DNA from: Amoebophrya sp. A120
Lineage: Eukaryota; Protista; Dinoflagellata
Direction of reading: 5' to 3'
Length of the DNA stretch: 61,100 bases
Assembly (NCBI GenBank): GCA_905178155.1
Contig: CAJINV010000015.1
Coordinates: 1,112,142-1,173,241 of the forward strand
The notes under the pieces were generated by a model. That model saw only the letters and a program-made list of their open reading frames with translations. It was not told the origin of the DNA and searched no databases. Positions 58,201 through 61,100 of the stretch are shown one piece after another; the first letter of the stretch is position 1, and each line of letters starts with the position of its first letter. A program made the position numbers and the translations under genes.

Positions 58201-61100
58201 GTAAGGTCGAGTTCCCGGGGACCGCCTCTTGTGCCGCTTCCACCTTGATTTTCCATTCCTTATTCTTTTCCTCCAGCACCGCGGGGTCGCAGAACCCCGC
58301 GACGTGGGAAAGCGTGTTGAGGTTCTCGTCCCGTGTATCGGACCGGACCTCCGCCGTGTCTTCGTTCCCGTTGATCGACACGACGATCTCGTAATTTTCG
58401 TTTTTCAACCAGCAATACTGTCCGTGGTAGTGGAAGGCCTTGCAGCCGCCCGTGGTGTCCTTTATGTCCGCGGAGACGAACCTTTCACACCGGTGCTGGC
58501 AGTTCCTCGCAGTTTCCGTCATTTGCCCATTCCTGCCCGGCTTGACAAACGCGCTGTCGGGTAAATTTCCCTTAAGCAGCGCCGTGCCCTCCAGATAGGA
58601 GCAAGACCGGACCTTCTTCCCGACGGTCGCTTGGTACGCGGCTTCGGCAGAATCCAGTTGCTGCTGCTGCTGCTGGGCGGGCGTTGTTGTACTTGGCTCT
58701 TCCGATTTCTGATTCTTTTCACGCTGTTCTTTCGATCGCTGCGACGTGCTCGCTTCACTTTCTTCAAGGTGACGCTGCGCTTCGCTTTGCCGCTCGTGTA
58801 GTTCTTGCATTTTTTTCTTGTCCTCAGTTGTCACAAAGGCAGATTGGTCGTGTGACAATCCTTGCGCTGCAGTGCTATTCCCCATCCTGCCGGCTGCATC
58901 ATCCTCTAGTTGGTTGCGGTGGTTGTGCAACTGCACTTCCGTGACCACACTGGTGGCATGATCATGACTGGCGGTGTTGTTCAACATGATTTTTCGGTGG
59001 TGCTTTCCGGTGTTGGCATCAACATCAAGCGGTGCTGATGATGTTGCTTCCCCTATTTCTTGTTCCGTTTTCGTGGTCAAATTTTCCTCCTGCTGCGAAA
59101 AGCTGCTGCCGCTAGAACTAAGCATATCTCTTCTTTCTCTCACCGCAATCGCTTTTTATTGAGAGGAAAAATCACCCCTCCCCATATTGAAAACGCATTC
59201 GTCTGAAAATTTGTGATGCAGATTTGAGGCCACAAATCCCGTCTGTCTTGCAAGAAGGCAAAGCCAGAGAGTCCGCCGCGTCATGCCGGCGGTTTGTGAT
59301 GCTCTTGGGCTTACAGAGCCGACATCTGTCACGCTAGTCCCCTACGTCAAAACCCCTCGAACCAGGCTTGGCATATGCCTGCAGTCTTCCCCAGCAAGAC
59401 AGACCTGATTTGTGTACGCAAATCGAGCATCAGAAACTTCGTTTCGATATGGGGAGGGGGGATTTTTCCCTTTGATACTTTTCGCTGCTCCTTCAGAAAC
59501 GTTCTCCACGACTGCATCGTGTTCTTCACGTTTGCTTTCCCCCAAGCGCCGAAACTTGCTAAGCTAGAAGTACCAGCCCACATCCTTCTGGTCGGGCCGG
59601 TGACCTCTGTGCTCCTGTCAGCCGAATTTAGGACTTTCGCCTGAGCTTCCTGCATATCAACTGTAAGAATGTCTGGGTCTGGAAGAATGCAAGTTTGTCA
59701 TGCTGATTTTGGATTCTAAAAAAATCTGTATTGCATGAGCAGCAAAGGGAGTCCAAGTTTTGCTACACGGGAAGAGCATTTGTCATGCGGTATGGGCATC
59801 AGGAAGCCCTCACAAAATCTGTGATGCTAGGGCATGCATCACAGACATCAGGAGTCATGCAAAATGTGCATGACAAACCTGGCAATCTTCCAGACCCAGA
59901 GATTTTTACATTTGATACTGCACTTTTTGCACGAACGAGCTGGCACTAGAGATTATCGAAGCTCTCTTGACCTCGGTCTCCTCTGCTATCGCCCCCGCCC
60001 CGTATCCACTGCAAAAATATCGCACTCGTATAAATGCATTACAAATTTCCTCAGCATGAGAAATAAATATAAAATTTGTAATGCGAATTTACCTTAAGGA
60101 AAAGATGTGTAATGCATGATTGCAATACGAATACGATACGTTTGCACAGGATACCCCGCCCTCCAGCACGATTTCCCGGCCCCCCAGCTGCCGCAGGTTT
60201 ACCTGCCGCATGGAAGCGAACGAAGCGAGCGACACCGCCGGGCAATATCCCAGAGAAAAAAGCAGGCTGTAATGCAAAAATGATTACACAGAAAAATCTG
60301 TCATGGGCGGCCCTATAGCTTGCTGTTTAGGCTACGCAATGCAGATTTTTTACTGTATGCATTTTTGCATTACAAATGTGACCTGCCTGCTTTTTTCTGT
60401 GTGATAGGCAACCGCCGTAGATCAAGATCGGGCTAGTGCCGTAGTCTTGCTCGCTGAAGCGGGTCAAGAGCCAGGGGATTTCCAGAATTTTCGCCACGTT
60501 GCGCTCTTCAGCTGTGAACGTGTCCGCGTGGAGGTCAGCGTCTTTATGTTCCTGCTCAGCCTCTTTACTATTAGTTTCCATCGGTTTTATCGCCGCGTTA
60601 CATGGATTGTAAAAATGTCTGGGTCTGGAAGATTAGCACTTGCAATGCTAGCTTTCCATACCTAGAAAATCTGTATTGCATAACTAACAAAAGTCGCAGC
60701 CTCTTCTGTCATGCAAAAACGCAGTTTCTCATGCGCATTGCCTATGAGAAAGCGTTTTGGGAAGTTGTCATGCCGGACTGCATTCGGAAGTGTTTTCATC
60801 ATGCACATTTTAGCATCACAAGTTTCCAGACTCAGACATTTTTACATTTGATACGTTAGCATCTGCAGCAACGACATCTCTCCGCGCATTGCTCTCTATC
60901 GACAAGTGTTCATAGAGCATGTGGTGGACCTTATCAAGTGTAAAAGTGTCTGGGTCTGGAAGAATCCAACTTGTCATGCTGATTTTGGATTCTAAAAAAA
61001 TCTGTATTGCATGAGCAGCAAAGAGAGTCCAAGTTTTGCTACACGGAAAGAGCATTTGTCATGCGGTATAGGCATCAGGAAGCCCTCACAAAATCTGTGA
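49293..61100 (-). CDS. Very large single-pass membrane protein with PAN/Apple-like and Cys-rich modules (5' end beyond window), 14 introners
   Basis: Exons rejoin in frame from >60930 to stop at 49293; CQHRC..CKAFHYHGQYCWLK (PAN-like); two C..C..GICCR..C.G..GG...H.CV units; TM WLVFVIVLIVLLVAGLGLAVVY. Confidence 0.75.
49348..50415. mobile_element. Introner family A hosting Helitron-like element
   Basis: TSD CTGGC. Confidence 0.9.
49558..50363 (-). mobile_element. Non-autonomous Helitron-like element, copy 2
   Basis: Homologous to 41107-41949; ends CTGG after same hairpin; A^T site. Confidence 0.75.
51293..51443. mobile_element. Introner family B
   Basis: TSD TCATC. Confidence 0.92.
51490..51750. 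mobile_element. Introner family A
   Basis: TSD CTTGG. Confidence 0.92.
52991..53252. mobile_element. Introner family A
   Basis: TSD CGATC. Confidence 0.92.
53414..55518 (+). mobile_element. Helitron-like element carrying a 92-bp tandem array
   Basis: Starts TTACTATCTA, ends hairpin GCACGGGGAC-TCT-GTCCCCGTGC then CTTG; A^T site in host GGAA^TTTGTAATGC. Confidence 0.7.
53770..55215. repeat. GC-rich 92-bp tandem repeat, ~15 copies
   Basis: Unit CCGTGCGGCCAAGGGGCGAAAGCCCTAGGCCAGCGCGGGGACTCGGTCCCCGCGTCATGGCCTAGGGGCCAGCTGTGAGCGCTTCCCGGACA. Confidence 0.95.
56587..56874. mobile_element. Introner family D
   Basis: TSD TTCGT. Confidence 0.9.
56911..57173. mobile_element. Introner family A
   Basis: Left end CAT, TSD TTGCC/TTACC. 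Confidence 0.88.
57797..58064. mobile_element. Introner family A
   Basis: TSD GGGGG. Confidence 0.92.
59157..59477. mobile_element. Introner family C
   Basis: TSD CTTTT. Confidence 0.9.
59655..59917. mobile_element. Introner family A
   Basis: TSD CTGCA. Confidence 0.92.
60003..60153. mobile_element. Introner family B
   Basis: TSD CCCCG. Confidence 0.9.
60246..60406. mobile_element. Introner family F-like, short
   Basis: TIR TATC.CA.AGAAAAAAGCAGGC, TSD GGCAA. Confidence 0.88.
60601..60853. mobile_element. Introner family A
   Basis: Left end CAT, TSD CGTTA. Confidence 0.9.
60932..61100. mobile_element. Introner family A, cut by window edge
   Basis: Near-identical to 59655-59917. Confidence 0.88.

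Noticed and set aside
8532-60853. TGCATG as an RBFOX splicing element
   Set aside because: The motif varies (GCATT/GCATC) and occurs in both orientations, so there is no support for an RBFOX link
1033-61055. Many short ORFs with [37 protein letters not shown]
   Set aside because: These are six-frame translations of the family A inverted repeat, not a protein family
1-61100. Host genes as transposon-riddled pseudogenes
   Set aside because: Exons lack stops and frameshifts, and even heavily decayed elements keep a frame-restoring geometry

Overview
Gene-dense eukaryotic DNA, most consistent with an Amoebophrya-like parasitic dinoflagellate (inferred from architecture, not from a search). Nine reconstructed genes all lie on the minus strand: PGK, two paralogous tandem-WW proteins, a low-complexity protein, a PA-domain vacuolar sorting receptor, a small protein, PPIL2/CYP60 cyclophilin, a P2X receptor and a large PAN-domain membrane protein. 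Their reading frames are broken by about 74 short (mostly 150-330 bp) non-coding elements from at least 8 families. These have TAT...ATA terminal inverted repeats (TIRs) and 5-bp target-site duplications (TSDs). Removing an element plus one TSD copy restores the protein in all but one junction checked, without GT-AG. They therefore look like transposon-derived non-canonical introns (introners). All families share an internal GCAT(G/T/C)ACA motif, several occur in both orientations, and all sit only in coding sequence or inside another introner. They also host nested Helitron-like and split-direct-repeat elements. A few ordinary GT-AG introns coexist. No transposase ORF was recognised. Coordinates were read by eye and may be off by a few bases.
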